A stretch of 64,000 nucleotides of DNA from Planctomycetota bacterium (lineage in GTDB: Bacteria > Planctomycetota > SZUA-567 > H5-PLA8), in the NCBI GenBank assembly GCA_038227875.1, contig JBBRPR010000014.1, positions 47,454-111,453 of the forward strand, in the 5' to 3' direction. The translations under genes and the position numbers were made by a program. Shown piece by piece: positions 37,737 through 47,525 of this stretch. Position 1 is the first letter of the stretch; each line of letters begins with the position of its first letter. Under the pieces are notes generated by a model. That model had not been told where the DNA came from. It did no database searches and saw only the letters and a list, made by a program, of their open reading frames with translations.

Positions 37737-40005
37737 CGCGCCGGCCACATCGACGCACGCTGAACGCCGCCGCATCAGCCTGACCGGCTGCGTGCAGGGC
37801 GTGGGTTTCCGTCCGTTTGTGTATCGTCTCGCGAAGCAACTGATGCTGAGCGGCTGGGTGAACAACACGCCGCAGGGCGTCGAGATCGAAATTGAAGGCG
37901 CGGCTGGGACGATCGATCTGTTTGAGAAACAACTTCAGGGCGAGGCGCCGGTGCACGCGCGGATTCACACGCTGAACAGTCAGCGCGTCGCGCCGCTTGG
38001 CGTTGTGGGGTTTGAAATTCGGGAAAGTGCGGCATCGGGAGTAATCGGCACCATTCCGCCTGACCTCGCCGTCTGTGCGGAGTGCGCGCGTGAGATTTTT
38101 GAGCCGCAGAATCGGCGCTATCGATATCCCTTCACCAATTGCACCCACTGCGGGCCGCGCTTTTCGATATTGGAACGCGCGCCGTATGATCGCGCCAACA
38201 CGTCGATGAAGTGTTTCGAGATGTGTGCGGCGTGTGCGGTGGAGTACGGCGATCCGGCCGACCGACGATTTCATGCGCAGCCCAACGCGTGTCCGGCGTG
38301 CGGACCGCAGTTGCAGCTTTGGGACGCTGCCGGCCGCACTCTCGCGCAACGCGACGATGCGCTGAATGCAGCGGCGGCCGCGATCCAGGCGGGAAAAATC
38401 GTCGCGGTGAAGGGCATCGGTGGCTTTCAGTTGATGGTCGATGCCCGCTCGGATTCCGCGATCGCCCGCTTGCGGGAGCGGAAGCACCGCGACGCGAAGC
38501 CTTTCGCGCTGATGTTTCCGTTGCTTGATGCGATACGCGTGGAATGTGAGGTCGATACCCTTGAGGCTGAACTGCTGACCTCGGCGGCAGCGCCGATCGT
38601 GATTTTGCAGCGCAGTGCCGCTTCGCGGTTGCCGGAAATTTTAGCGCCGCGCCATCCGACGCTGGGCGCGATGCTTCCGTATTCGCCGCTTCATATCTTA
38701 CTGCTCGATGCGCTGAAGGCGCCGGTCGTAGCCACGAGCGGCAATGTTTCCGACGAGCCGATTTGCATTGATGAACACGAGGCGCTGCGAAGGCTGGCGG
38801 GTCTCGCGGACTTATTTCTCGTTCACGACCGGCCGATTGTCCGTGCGGTGGACGACTCGGTGGTGCGCGTGTTTGCGGGCCGAGAGATGATGCTCCGTCG
38901 CGCGCGCGGTTACGCGCCGCTGCCGATTCGCGTAGGCTTCACGCTGCCTGGCATCACTGCGTTTGGCGCGCATGTGAAGAACAGCGTGGCAATTTCGCGC
39001 GGCGATGAAGTGATCGTGAGTCAGCATGTCGGTGATCTGGAGACGGCTGAAGCGCGCGCCGCACTGGAAACTACGCTGCGCGACCTGCCGCGGCTGTTTG
39101 AACACGAAGCGGAGCTTAGCGCCGCGGATGTGCATCCGGATTACGCGTCGACGCGGTTGGCGCTGCGCACCGGCGCGCCGGTGCTCGTGCAGCATCATTA
39201 CGCGCACGTTCTTTCGTGCATGGCGGAGAACGAACTACAGGCGCCGGTGCTCGGCGTGGCCTGGGACGGCGCGGGATTGGGCCTCGACGGCGCAAGTTGG
39301 GGCGGGGAATTTCTCGCTATTAATGCCAGCGGTTTCGAGCGCGTCGCGCACTTGCGTCCGTTTCTGCTTCCCGGTGGTGATGCGGCCGCACGCGAGCCAC
39401 GCCGCACTGCGCTGGGCGTGCTGTATGAGATTTTTGGCACTGAGGTGTTTGAGCGGACGGAGCTCGCACCCGTTCAAGCATTCAGCGCCCACGAACGAAT
39501 GCAGTTGCTGACGGTGTTGTCCAGAAAAGTAAACACGCACGAAACCACGAGCATTGGGCGGCTCTGCGACGCGGTGGCTGCGCTGCTGAAACTTTGCCCA
39601 GTCTCCTCGTTCGAAGGTCAGGCGGCGATGCTGCTCGAATTTGCCATCGGCGAGGTTGCGACCGACGCGAGTTACGCGATGCCGCTGCGCGGTACGATCG
39701 TCGATTGGGAACCGGCGGTGCGGGAGATTCTCGCGGATCTGAGCGATCACGTCTCTGTCGCGTTGATCGCGGCAAAATTTCACAACGCGCTGGTGGAAGC
39801 AATTATTTCGGTTGCGCGAGCCAGCGGGCAAAGCGCGGTTGCGTTGAGCGGCGGTTGCTTTCAAAACAAGTACCTGACAGAACGCGCTGTGGCGCGCTTG
39901 CGTGCATCCGGGTTCACGCCGTACTGGCATCGGCGGGTGCCACCCAACGATGGCGGCATCGCCTTGGGTCAGATTCTCGCGGCCGCGCGGTCGCTGGAGA
40001 CTTAA
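37726..40005 (+). CDS. hypF: carbamoyltransferase HypF
   Basis: Acylphosphatase-like ISLTGCVQGVGFRPFVYRLA. Two zinc-finger pairs: CAECAREIFEPQNRRYRYPFTNCTHCGPRFS and CAACAVEYGDPADRRFHAQPNACPACGP. YrdC-like and Kae1-like C-terminal regions. TTG start overlapping the hypA end. Confidence 0.9.
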   Translation: MRTDAPATSTHAERRRISLTGCVQGVGFRPFVYRLAKQLMLSGWVNNTPQGVEIEIEGAAGTIDLFEKQLQGEAPVHARIHTLNSQRVAPLGVVGFEIRESAASGVIGTIPPDLAVCAECAREIFEPQNRRYRYPFTNCTHCGPRFSILERAPYDRANTSMKCFEMCAACAVEYGDPADRRFHAQPNACPACGPQLQLWDAAGRTLAQRDDALNAAAAAIQAGKIVAVKGIGGFQLMVDARSDSAIARLRERKHRDAKPFALMFPLLDAIRVECEVDTLEAELLTSAAAPIVILQRSAASRLPEILAPRHPTLGAMLPYSPLHILLLDALKAPVVATSGNVSDEPICIDEHEALRRLAGLADLFLVHDRPIVRAVDDSVVRVFAGREMMLRRARGYAPLPIRVGFTLPGITAFGAHVKNSVAISRGDEVIVSQHVGDLETAEARAALETTLRDLPRLFEHEAELSAADVHPDYASTRLALRTGAPVLVQHHYAHVLSCMAENELQAPVLGVAWDGAGLGLDGASWGGEFLAINASGFERVAHLRPFLLPGGDAAAREPRRTALGVLYEIFGTEVFERTELAPVQAFSAHERMQLLTVLSRKVNTHETTSIGRLCDAVAALLKLCPVSSFEGQAAMLLEFAIGEVATDASYAMPLRGTIVDWEPAVREILADLSDHVSVALIAAKFHNALVEAIISVARASGQSAVALSGGCFQNKYLTERAVARLRASGFTPYWHRRVPPNDGGIALGQILAAARSLET

Positions 40006-40007
40006 AA

Positions 40008-40262
40008 ATGTGCCTCGCCATTCCCGGGCAGATCCACAGCGTCTCCGGCGACGATCCGCTGACGCGATTGGGTAAAGTGTCGTTTGGCGGCATCGTCAAA
40101 GAGATCAATCTCGCTTTCGTGCCGGAAGCGAACGTGGGCGATTTCGTGCTGGTCCACGTCGGCTTTGCGATCTCGCGCATCGACGAAGCCGAAGCGCGCC
40201 GCACCTTTGAGTATTTGAAGCAGGCCGGGGAAGCCGAGGAGCTTCAGGCGGATGATTCATGA
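40008..40262 (+). CDS. hypC: hydrogenase assembly chaperone HypC/HupF
   Basis: [10 protein letters not shown]-terminus (essential Cys2), 84 aa. Confidence 0.9.
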   Translation: MCLAIPGQIHSVSGDDPLTRLGKVSFGGIVKEINLAFVPEANVGDFVLVHVGFAISRIDEAEARRTFEYLKQAGEAEELQADDS

Positions 40263-41365
40263 AGTACCTCGACGAATTCCGCGACCAGGCTGCGATCGAA
40301 GCGTGCGCGAAAGCGATTCGCGCCGTGGTGCGGCAGCCGTGGACGATCATGGAAGTCTGCGGCGGCCAGACGCACAGCATCGTCAAGCACGGGCTCGACC
40401 GACTGCTGCCGGAATCCGTGACGCTGGTGCACGGTCCGGGTTGTCCGGTCTGCGTGACGCCGGTGGGCATCATCGACAAGGCGCTGGATTTGGCGGCGCG
40501 CAAAGATGTGATTTTCTGTTCGTTCGGCGACATGCTCCGCGTGCCCGGTACGCGCGGCGATTTGTTCTCGGTCAAAGCGGGCGGTGGTGACGTGCGGATG
40601 GTCTATTCGCCGATGGACGCGTTGGCGCTGGCGAAACGGCAGCCGGAAAAGGAGATCGTTTTCTTCGCCGTGGGTTTCGAAACGACCGCGCCGGCCAACG
40701 CGATGGCCGCGTATCAGGCGCGCCAGCAGAACGTTCGCAACTTTTCGCTGCTGGTGTCGCACGTGCTGGTGCCGCCAGCGATGGAAGCGATCTTGAGCGC
40801 CCCGAAAAATCGCGTGCAGGGATTTCTCGCGCCGGGGCATGTCTGCGCCATTGTCGGGTATGCGGAGTACGAAGAACTGGCGCGGCGCTTCCGCGTTCCC
40901 ATCGTCGTCACGGGATTCGAGCCGGTCGATATTCTGCAGGGAATATTGCTGTGTCTGACGCAACTCGAAGAGAGTCGCAGCGTCGTTGAGAATCAGTACA
41001 CGCGTTTTGTGCGTCGCGATGGCAATGAGACGGCGTTGCGGTTGCTGCGCGAGGTCTTCACGGTCGTGCCGCGAAAGTGGCGCGGCGTGGGTGAGATTTC
41101 CGCGAGCGGACTGGCACTGTCCGATGCATTTGCGGACTTCGACGCCGAGAAGCGCTTCGGACTTTCGCCGAACTCCGCCGACGAATCGACGGAGTGCATC
41201 AGCGGGGAAATTCTGCAGGGGTTGAAGAAGCCGCCCGACTGCCCTGCATTCGGTTCGCGTTGCACGCCCGATCAGCCGCTTGGCGCGACGATGGTCTCTT
41301 CGGAAGGCGCCTGCGCGGCGTATTTTCGCTACAGGCGGTTTCAGCAGCAGAGGGCCGATGCGTGA
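40259..41365 (+). CDS. hypD: hydrogenase formation protein HypD
   Basis: [33 protein letters not shown] motifs. ATGA overlap with hypC. Confidence 0.9.
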   Translation: MKYLDEFRDQAAIEACAKAIRAVVRQPWTIMEVCGGQTHSIVKHGLDRLLPESVTLVHGPGCPVCVTPVGIIDKALDLAARKDVIFCSFGDMLRVPGTRGDLFSVKAGGGDVRMVYSPMDALALAKRQPEKEIVFFAVGFETTAPANAMAAYQARQQNVRNFSLLVSHVLVPPAMEAILSAPKNRVQGFLAPGHVCAIVGYAEYEELARRFRVPIVVTGFEPVDILQGILLCLTQLEESRSVVENQYTRFVRRDGNETALRLLREVFTVVPRKWRGVGEISASGLALSDAFADFDAEKRFGLSPNSADESTECISGEILQGLKKPPDCPAFGSRCTPDQPLGATMVSSEGACAAYFRYRRFQQQRADA

Positions 41366-42414
41366 CCACACCCGACGTACCGTTCGGCTCATGCCCGCTG
41401 CCGCACTCCAACGCCTCGTCGATCATGCTCGGGCATGGCGGCGGCGGCACCCTGACGCAGTCGCTAATCGAAACCGTGTTTCTTCCAGCGTTCGCGAACT
41501 CTGCGCTTTCAGCGCGGCATGACAGCGCAGTGCTGGAAGTTAACGGCCAGCGCCTTGCGTTCACCACCGATTCGTATGTGGTCCGGCCGCTGTTTTTTCC
41601 CGGCGGCGACATTGGCAAACTCGCCGTCACGGGCACGATCAACGATCTGGCGATGGCCGGCGCGCGGCCGCTGTACTTGAGTGCCGGGTTCATCATCGAA
41701 GAAGGCTTCGCCAAATCCGATCTCGCGAAAATCGTGGCGTCGATGCAGGCTGCCGCGACTGAAGCCGGCGTGCAGATCGTGACCGGCGACACAAAGGTCG
41801 TCGACAAGGGCAAAGGCGACGGAGTGTTCATCAACACGGCGGGAATTGGCGTGATCGAAACGCCGCTGACGATTGCGCCCGGCAGCGCCAGGGCGGGGGA
41901 TGCGATCATTCTCAGCGGGGACATCGGCCGTCACGGCATCGCGATCATGGCGGTGCGCGAGGGGCTCGAATTCGAGAGCACCATCGAAAGCGATTGCGCT
42001 TCGTTGCACGCTCCGGTGGCGGCGTTGTTGCGCGCAGGCGTGGACGTGCATTGTCTTCGCGACCTGACGCGCGGCGGCCTGGCGTCGGCGCTCAACGAGA
42101 TCGCACAAGCTGCGGCGGTGGGCGTGGAGATCACGGAGCGGGAAATCCCTGTCGATACACAAGTTCGCGGTGCCTGCGAGATTCTCGGGCTCGATCCGCT
42201 TTATGTCGCCAACGAAGGACGCTTCGTCGCCTTCGTGGCGGCTGGAGATGCGGAGCGTGCAGTGAAAATTCTGCGCGGCGAACCGGTCAGCTTTGACGCA
42301 CGAATGATTGGACAGACTGTTACCGGCACGGCGCAAGTTGTCCTGCGCACGGCGATCGGGGGGAATCGTGTCGTCGACATGCTCAGCGGCGAGCAACTTC
42401 CGAGAATCTGTTAG
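41362..42414 (+). CDS. hypE: hydrogenase expression/formation protein HypE
   Basis: LGHGGGG near the N-terminus, AIR-synthase-like fold, C-terminal GEQLPRIC (PRIC cysteine). GTG 41362 overlaps the hypD stop (GTGA). The 41194 start in the track is rejected. Confidence 0.88.
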   Translation: MTTPDVPFGSCPLPHSNASSIMLGHGGGGTLTQSLIETVFLPAFANSALSARHDSAVLEVNGQRLAFTTDSYVVRPLFFPGGDIGKLAVTGTINDLAMAGARPLYLSAGFIIEEGFAKSDLAKIVASMQAAATEAGVQIVTGDTKVVDKGKGDGVFINTAGIGVIETPLTIAPGSARAGDAIILSGDIGRHGIAIMAVREGLEFESTIESDCASLHAPVAALLRAGVDVHCLRDLTRGGLASALNEIAQAAAVGVEITEREIPVDTQVRGACEILGLDPLYVANEGRFVAFVAAGDAERAVKILRGEPVSFDARMIGQTVTGTAQVVLRTAIGGNRVVDMLSGEQLPRIC

Positions 42415-42420
42415 GCGCCG

Positions 42421-43524
42421 TCAATCGCCCAGGCAGATTCCGAGCTCGCGGGCGGTCAGCACGGTGTCGGAATTGACGTCGACGCACTTTCGTCCTCCGA
42501 TGGTGGACTCCAGAGATGTCGATGTCATCCCGGGCGGCTGGAATGAAACCATCTGCCCCCAGCGTCCGGCTTCCGCCAGCCGCACGGCAGCCGTGCCGTA
42601 GCGGAGGCCCAGGAGCCGGTCGTAGGTCGTCGGAGATCCACCCCGCTGGATGTGGCCCAGGACCAGAGCGCGCGTGTCGGCGCCGGTGCGTTGTTCGATC
42701 TGCGTGGCGACGTACTGACCTGCTCCGCCCAGCAGTGGTTCGTGGCCCTTGACGGTTTTCTTCTGCAGAATTTCCGCCCCTTCGCGTTCCCGGGCGCCTT
42801 CCGCAACGACCACGATGGCCGAGGCTCGTCCGGATTTGCGCCGTTCGTTGAGAAACGCGGCGACGTTTTTCATCGTGTAAGGAATTTCGGGAATCAAAAT
42901 CACATCGGCGGAAGCGGAGATGCCCGCGTGGAGCGCGATCCAGCCGGCGTGGCGGCCCATGACCTCAATGACCATGGTGCGGCCGTGCGCCTGGGCGGTG
43001 GTCTGCAGCTTGTCGATGCAATCCGTCGCGGTGGCGACGGCGGTATCGAAGCCAAACGTCCGCTCGGTGCCGAGCAGATCGTTGTCGATGGTTTTGGGAA
43101 CGCCGATCACCTGCACACCCATGCGGTACAAACGGTAGGCGATGCTCATGGATCCGTCGCCACCGATGGCGATCACGCCATCGATCTTCTGACGCTTGAG
43201 TTCGCTCACGACAATTTCCGCGGCAAGGGCCCGCCGCGTGGAGCCAGGAAAGTGTGTGCGGAACTCAAAGGGATTGGCGCAATTGGTGGTGCCCAGGATT
43301 GTACCGCCGAGACCCGCGATGCTGCGTACAGTCTCGCGAACCAGCGGAATGCACGGTTCGCCGGCAATGATTCCGCAATAGCCGTCGCGAATGCCAACCA
43401 CTTCCAAACCGCGATTGAGCGCGGATTGCGTTGCGGCGCGGATCACTGCGTTCAGTCCGGGTGCATCGCCGCCGCCCGTGGTGAGGGCCAGACGCTTCAA
43501 GGGGTGTCGTGACGTTTGGGACAT
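42421..43524 (-). CDS. pfkA: ATP-dependent 6-phosphofructokinase
   Basis: GGDAPGLNAVIRA, IGGDGSM, PKTIDNDL, MGRHAGW motifs. GGDGS (Gly rather than Asp) favours the ATP-dependent type. Confidence 0.9.
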   Translation of the reverse strand: MSQTSRHPLKRLALTTGGGDAPGLNAVIRAATQSALNRGLEVVGIRDGYCGIIAGEPCIPLVRETVRSIAGLGGTILGTTNCANPFEFRTHFPGSTRRALAAEIVVSELKRQKIDGVIAIGGDGSMSIAYRLYRMGVQVIGVPKTIDNDLLGTERTFGFDTAVATATDCIDKLQTTAQAHGRTMVIEVMGRHAGWIALHAGISASADVILIPEIPYTMKNVAAFLNERRKSGRASAIVVVAEGAREREGAEILQKKTVKGHEPLLGGAGQYVATQIEQRTGADTRALVLGHIQRGGSPTTYDRLLGLRYGTAAVRLAEAGRWGQMVSFQPPGMTSTSLESTIGGRKCVDVNSDTVLTARELGICLGD

Positions 43525-43770
43525 AGGGTTGCTTTCTTCTGCCTGGGTTCATGAATGGGCACAATTACTTCCGCCACATGGGGCTAAGTGCGCACAGTAA
43601 GGGCCATTGCGGACGCGTGCGTGCGCATCGGCTGTCATCCCTGCAAAGCATTCAAGCGGACGATATTAAGGCGCGGGGCGAGGGGTTTATTTTGAACGTG
43701 AGAAGTCGTGCGTCTCTCATGCTTGAGAAGGCTATTCCCAAGGACGCGAAGTCTGGATGGGGTGCGATGG

Positions 43771-44763
43771 TTATGGCCCAGGGACCGTTGCGCAGGATGG
43801 CTGGTCGACGGTTGCAACGGCGGCGGTCGGGTGTGAAGGCGCGGTGTTGGTCTTCAACCGTTCTTGACGCTGCCACCATCCGGCCAGCCCAATCAGACCC
43901 AAGCCCAGGGCGCTGAGTGCAAACGGAAATATCGCAGGGTTGTCGGTAAGCCGGTAGCAGAGGTAGACCAGGTAACCGCAGGCGCCGAGACTTCCAAACA
44001 CGCCAAAGGCCCGTCGACGGATTACAAAGGCCAGCGCAATCAGTCCGAGATTCAATGTGAAGTAAATCAAGCGATTGCGTTCGTTCTCACCGTCACCGAG
44101 CGACAGGGCCACCCAGAACGAGAGTAGTCCAAAGAGATCCAACCAGAATCCGTAGTCGGCCCATCCCCGCCGGTCGGCGAAACGCGAAATTCCAAGGAGC
44201 ACCACGCCGAAGGTCATCGACACCTGCAGCGCCTGCTCCCATGAGAGATTGTCCTGGCCCAGTGCGAGCGCCACGAGATCCTGCGCGAGCATCCAAAGTC
44301 CCAACGTGAGCGGAAACGTGAGAAATGGAAAGCGGATTCGATGGAGCGCCACGCTGCTGGCTGCGATCAGCGCCAGTTCCATCAGTATCCAGCTCGTCCG
44401 TGCTTCGCGGTGGTACGCGGCGTAACTTCCCAGATTGGTTTGAGGCCACAAACCGGTCAGGCGCTCAATGGCGTGGATGGAGACTGGAACAATGCAGACG
44501 GCCAGCGTGCAAAGGAGTCCGCCATGAACGCGCGCATGTCCGCGCTGCAGCAGCCGAAGCCCCAGCCAGAGCAGTCCGCAAATTTGAAGCAGTGACAGCA
44601 CCAATTGCGCAGTCGCACTGAGTTGCCTGCCCAGCGTATCGGAGAGACTCCACCCGTTTGCCCCGATGATGATGACTGCGCCAAGGTAGTAGCCAATCGG
44701 CGGAAATTTCCACGTTCCAGAGTCGATGTCCTTGGTATGCAGTTCCATAAATCTCCCATTCAC
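43771..44763 (-). CDS. polytopic membrane protein of unknown function
   Basis: About 9-10 hydrophobic helices throughout (e.g. YYLGAVIIIGANGW, LVLSLLQICGLLWLGL, LLCTLAVCIVPV, FGVVLLGI, LDLFGLLSFWVAL). The start may be the downstream ATG (MELHTKD). Confidence 0.55.
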   Translation of the reverse strand: MNGRFMELHTKDIDSGTWKFPPIGYYLGAVIIIGANGWSLSDTLGRQLSATAQLVLSLLQICGLLWLGLRLLQRGHARVHGGLLCTLAVCIVPVSIHAIERLTGLWPQTNLGSYAAYHREARTSWILMELALIAASSVALHRIRFPFLTFPLTLGLWMLAQDLVALALGQDNLSWEQALQVSMTFGVVLLGISRFADRRGWADYGFWLDLFGLLSFWVALSLGDGENERNRLIYFTLNLGLIALAFVIRRRAFGVFGSLGACGYLVYLCYRLTDNPAIFPFALSALGLGLIGLAGWWQRQERLKTNTAPSHPTAAVATVDQPSCATVPGP

Positions 44764-45045
44764 TACATGATCATGAATAGGTCACAAATTCGGTGCCACT
44801 CGCCAACCGTATGGGGCGAGCGAAAAAGATGTCCGGTTTCACTCGAAATACGTGTGTGTGTTGCAAGCAGAAGGAAGAAATTCAGCCAAGGAACGTTATT
44901 AAAATTGGGAGTGACATTGCATGAACTGCGAATTTAGGATGTAGACATCCTCTTCTAAACTGCGTCCCGACAGGCGTTAGCAATATCGCGCACTGGCATG
45001 GTGAATGCGTTTTGGTCGAACAACACTTGTGCCGGAGATGGCACC

Positions 45046-46314
45046 ATGCGTCGACTTAAGTATGGATTGATGATTGGATTCGCTGCAATTCTAGCAGTCG
45101 GAATTGCCGAGCGGCTGAACAGCAGGCCGCTGGAGACGTCAAAGTCGACGTGGTCGCAGAAATTAAAAGACGCCGCACAAAATAAACTGCAGCAGCACCT
45201 GCGTGAACGTGCGGAGAACGCGAACTTCGCCACGAGCATGAACACCGCGGAAATGATCGCGGGACTATTTGATGAACGGGTCGAGGCCACCGAGCGCTAC
45301 CGACACGCTTATCGGCTGGCCAAGTCCGGAAGCCCGGAAGCCATCGAGGCCCTCAAGCGCTATTTTAAACAGGCGAGTTCCAGCGAGAAGGCGGCCATCG
45401 CACAATTGATGGGTGCCTGGGGCAACGCAGAGCACAAGCCGTGGCTCTGGCCGTTGCTGGAGGATCCGGAACTCGACGTGCGCCTCGGCGCCATCCGGGC
45501 CTTGAGTTCGATCGGCGGTGACGATGTGGTCGAAAGGTGGGACCGCGCGATTCGAGGCGACCAAGCTTCGGATGCGGAAAAGGTGGCGATGATCGAGGGC
45601 CTGGGCACGATCCGATCGCCTTTCGCTTACCGAGTTGTGATGGCGCAGATCAACGCCCGAAGCGATGTCCGGTTCACTTCCGCATTGCTCGACAGCCTCT
45701 CGCGATTTCCCTTTACGCCGGAGACCGAACAGTACTTTAGAAACTGGGATGCGGCAGCAGGCACGCCGTTGGAGCAGCGTGTGGCCGCGATGACAAGTCT
45801 GGCGCATTCCGACGAACGCGCCGTTCCGTTCCTGCTGGATACCGCGCGTACCAGCACGCAATGGGCCGTGCGAGCGGAAGCCGCGTGGGCGCTGAGCGCG
45901 CAGACTGTTCCGCATCTCGCGGATTCGCTGGTGGAACTGGCGGCCAGCGAGCGCAATGAAATTGTGCGCCGCCGTCTGCTTGAAGCAATCGTGCCGCAGA
46001 CCGATACACCGATCGAGCCGTTGTACGGAATTCTTGTCCACGAGGAAGACGAGGCGGTGCGCGTGGCGGTCTTCAATGCGCTGGGCGCGGCGGCCGGGCG
46101 CCAGCCGGATCAGGCGCAGCGTTTCGACGATGAAGCAGTTCCGGAGTTGTTGCGCCTGGCGGTCTCAGAAAATCCCGTCAATTTGCGCATGCGTGCGGTG
46201 TTCGCGTTGAGGAGGGCGCATACACCCGGCGCGCTGGAAGCCCTGGGCACGATTGCCGGGGTCAAGGACGAGCGGGTGGCCATCGCCGCCGCGCATGGAT
46301 TAAGTCCAGACTAA
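45046..46314 (+). CDS. membrane-anchored HEAT-repeat protein
   Basis: MRRLKYGLMIGFAAILAVGIA anchor. Repeated HEAT/PBS-lyase-like units: DPELDVRLGAIRALSSIG, QWAVRAEAAWALSA, DEAVRVAVFNALGAAAG, NLRMRAVFALRRA. Confidence 0.65.
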   Translation: MRRLKYGLMIGFAAILAVGIAERLNSRPLETSKSTWSQKLKDAAQNKLQQHLRERAENANFATSMNTAEMIAGLFDERVEATERYRHAYRLAKSGSPEAIEALKRYFKQASSSEKAAIAQLMGAWGNAEHKPWLWPLLEDPELDVRLGAIRALSSIGGDDVVERWDRAIRGDQASDAEKVAMIEGLGTIRSPFAYRVVMAQINARSDVRFTSALLDSLSRFPFTPETEQYFRNWDAAAGTPLEQRVAAMTSLAHSDERAVPFLLDTARTSTQWAVRAEAAWALSAQTVPHLADSLVELAASERNEIVRRRLLEAIVPQTDTPIEPLYGILVHEEDEAVRVAVFNALGAAAGRQPDQAQRFDDEAVPELLRLAVSENPVNLRMRAVFALRRAHTPGALEALGTIAGVKDERVAIAAAHGLSPD

Positions 46315-46332
46315 TTTGAAGGAGGCACGAAC

Positions 46333-47514
46333 ATGTCTACCACAAGTTTGAAAAACACAGTCGTTGCCCTGTTGCTCTGCGGTTGCATTTCAAGCATTCA
46401 GGCCGCGACCATCACGTGGAAGGTTTTGATTGGGCCCAAGAATGCCGGAACGGTCGCGTGGCAAACCAGTTCGCCCTCGGCCAGTGGCTCGCTGTCTGCG
46501 AGCGGCAAGATCACCTTCAACGCCGGTGCCTTCGTTGATTTGACCTTCAACGCCAATCCAGGCTTCACGCTGACCCTGGTCACGAAGAATGCCGACAACA
46601 TCACCGCATCGTTGGACTCCAAGCATCATTTCCGGTTTGGACCGGTCGACAGTCCACACACCATCGGCGTGCTGTTCAGCGGCAGCGGCGGCGGAACCGG
46701 AAGTGTCGATGTGCCCACCGGCGCATTTGGTTTTGCGTTTCCGTCATCAAGTTCCACGCTCGCGCCTGTGTTCGATATTTCCGGGAACTACAGCGGCGTG
46801 ACGCCCACCGCCACCAAGCGAAACTACAATTTTGATGTGGCCATGGATGAATTCGGAAAAGTGTCGACGATGGGCACGCTGACCGGCGTTACCAATGCCG
46901 ACGGCAGCAGCCTGCTGTCAGCCGACATCGGCGCCATCAAGACTGTCGACAATAAGCCCACCAACTTCTTCAAAACGAAGTTCAAAGGCACTGCCGACGG
47001 CAAACCGGTGGCAGGCAGCGCGGACGGCAGCGGACCGGTGCCGACGACAGTCACCAACGGTGTCGCGGTCGTGGCTGGAACCGGCAGCTATAAGGGAACG
47101 CTTGACGGTGTGAAGTACGCGAACGACAACGTTCCGGTTCAAGCGCCGCTCTCGGTGGTGCAGACGAAAAATCTGAGCAAGGCGTGGAACATCCAGATCA
47201 GCATTCTTAACGAAGCGACCGGATCCAAGAGCAAGCCGGTGGCGTCTGCGCAGCTGACACTGCCCAGCGGCGACGTCATTTCCTTTGCGAAGAAGACGGC
47301 GAAGTACTCGAGCACCAAGGGCTATTCGCTTTCTTTCAAGAGCGGCACCAACATTTCCCGCAGCCCGGCCGCGAAGGACAAGTCCTCCGTGCAGATCACG
47401 GGCATGACGTTCAGTAAGAGTGGAACGACATGGACGGTGACTGGCGGGACCATCACGTACAAGTTCCTGGGCCAGAACGGCAGCGGAAACTTGAACGAGT
47501 TCTTGAAGAATTAG
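46333..47514 (+). CDS. exported Ser/Thr/Gly-rich protein of unknown function
   Basis: AGGAGG lies 8 nt before the ATG. Signal peptide MSTTSLKNTVVALLLCGCISSIQA. Beta-rich composition. No motif recognised. Confidence 0.55.
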   Translation: MSTTSLKNTVVALLLCGCISSIQAATITWKVLIGPKNAGTVAWQTSSPSASGSLSASGKITFNAGAFVDLTFNANPGFTLTLVTKNADNITASLDSKHHFRFGPVDSPHTIGVLFSGSGGGTGSVDVPTGAFGFAFPSSSSTLAPVFDISGNYSGVTPTATKRNYNFDVAMDEFGKVSTMGTLTGVTNADGSSLLSADIGAIKTVDNKPTNFFKTKFKGTADGKPVAGSADGSGPVPTTVTNGVAVVAGTGSYKGTLDGVKYANDNVPVQAPLSVVQTKNLSKAWNIQISILNEATGSKSKPVASAQLTLPSGDVISFAKKTAKYSSTKGYSLSFKSGTNISRSPAAKDKSSVQITGMTFSKSGTTWTVTGGTITYKFLGQNGSGNLNEFLKN

Positions 47515-47525
47515 AAGGGTCGAGC

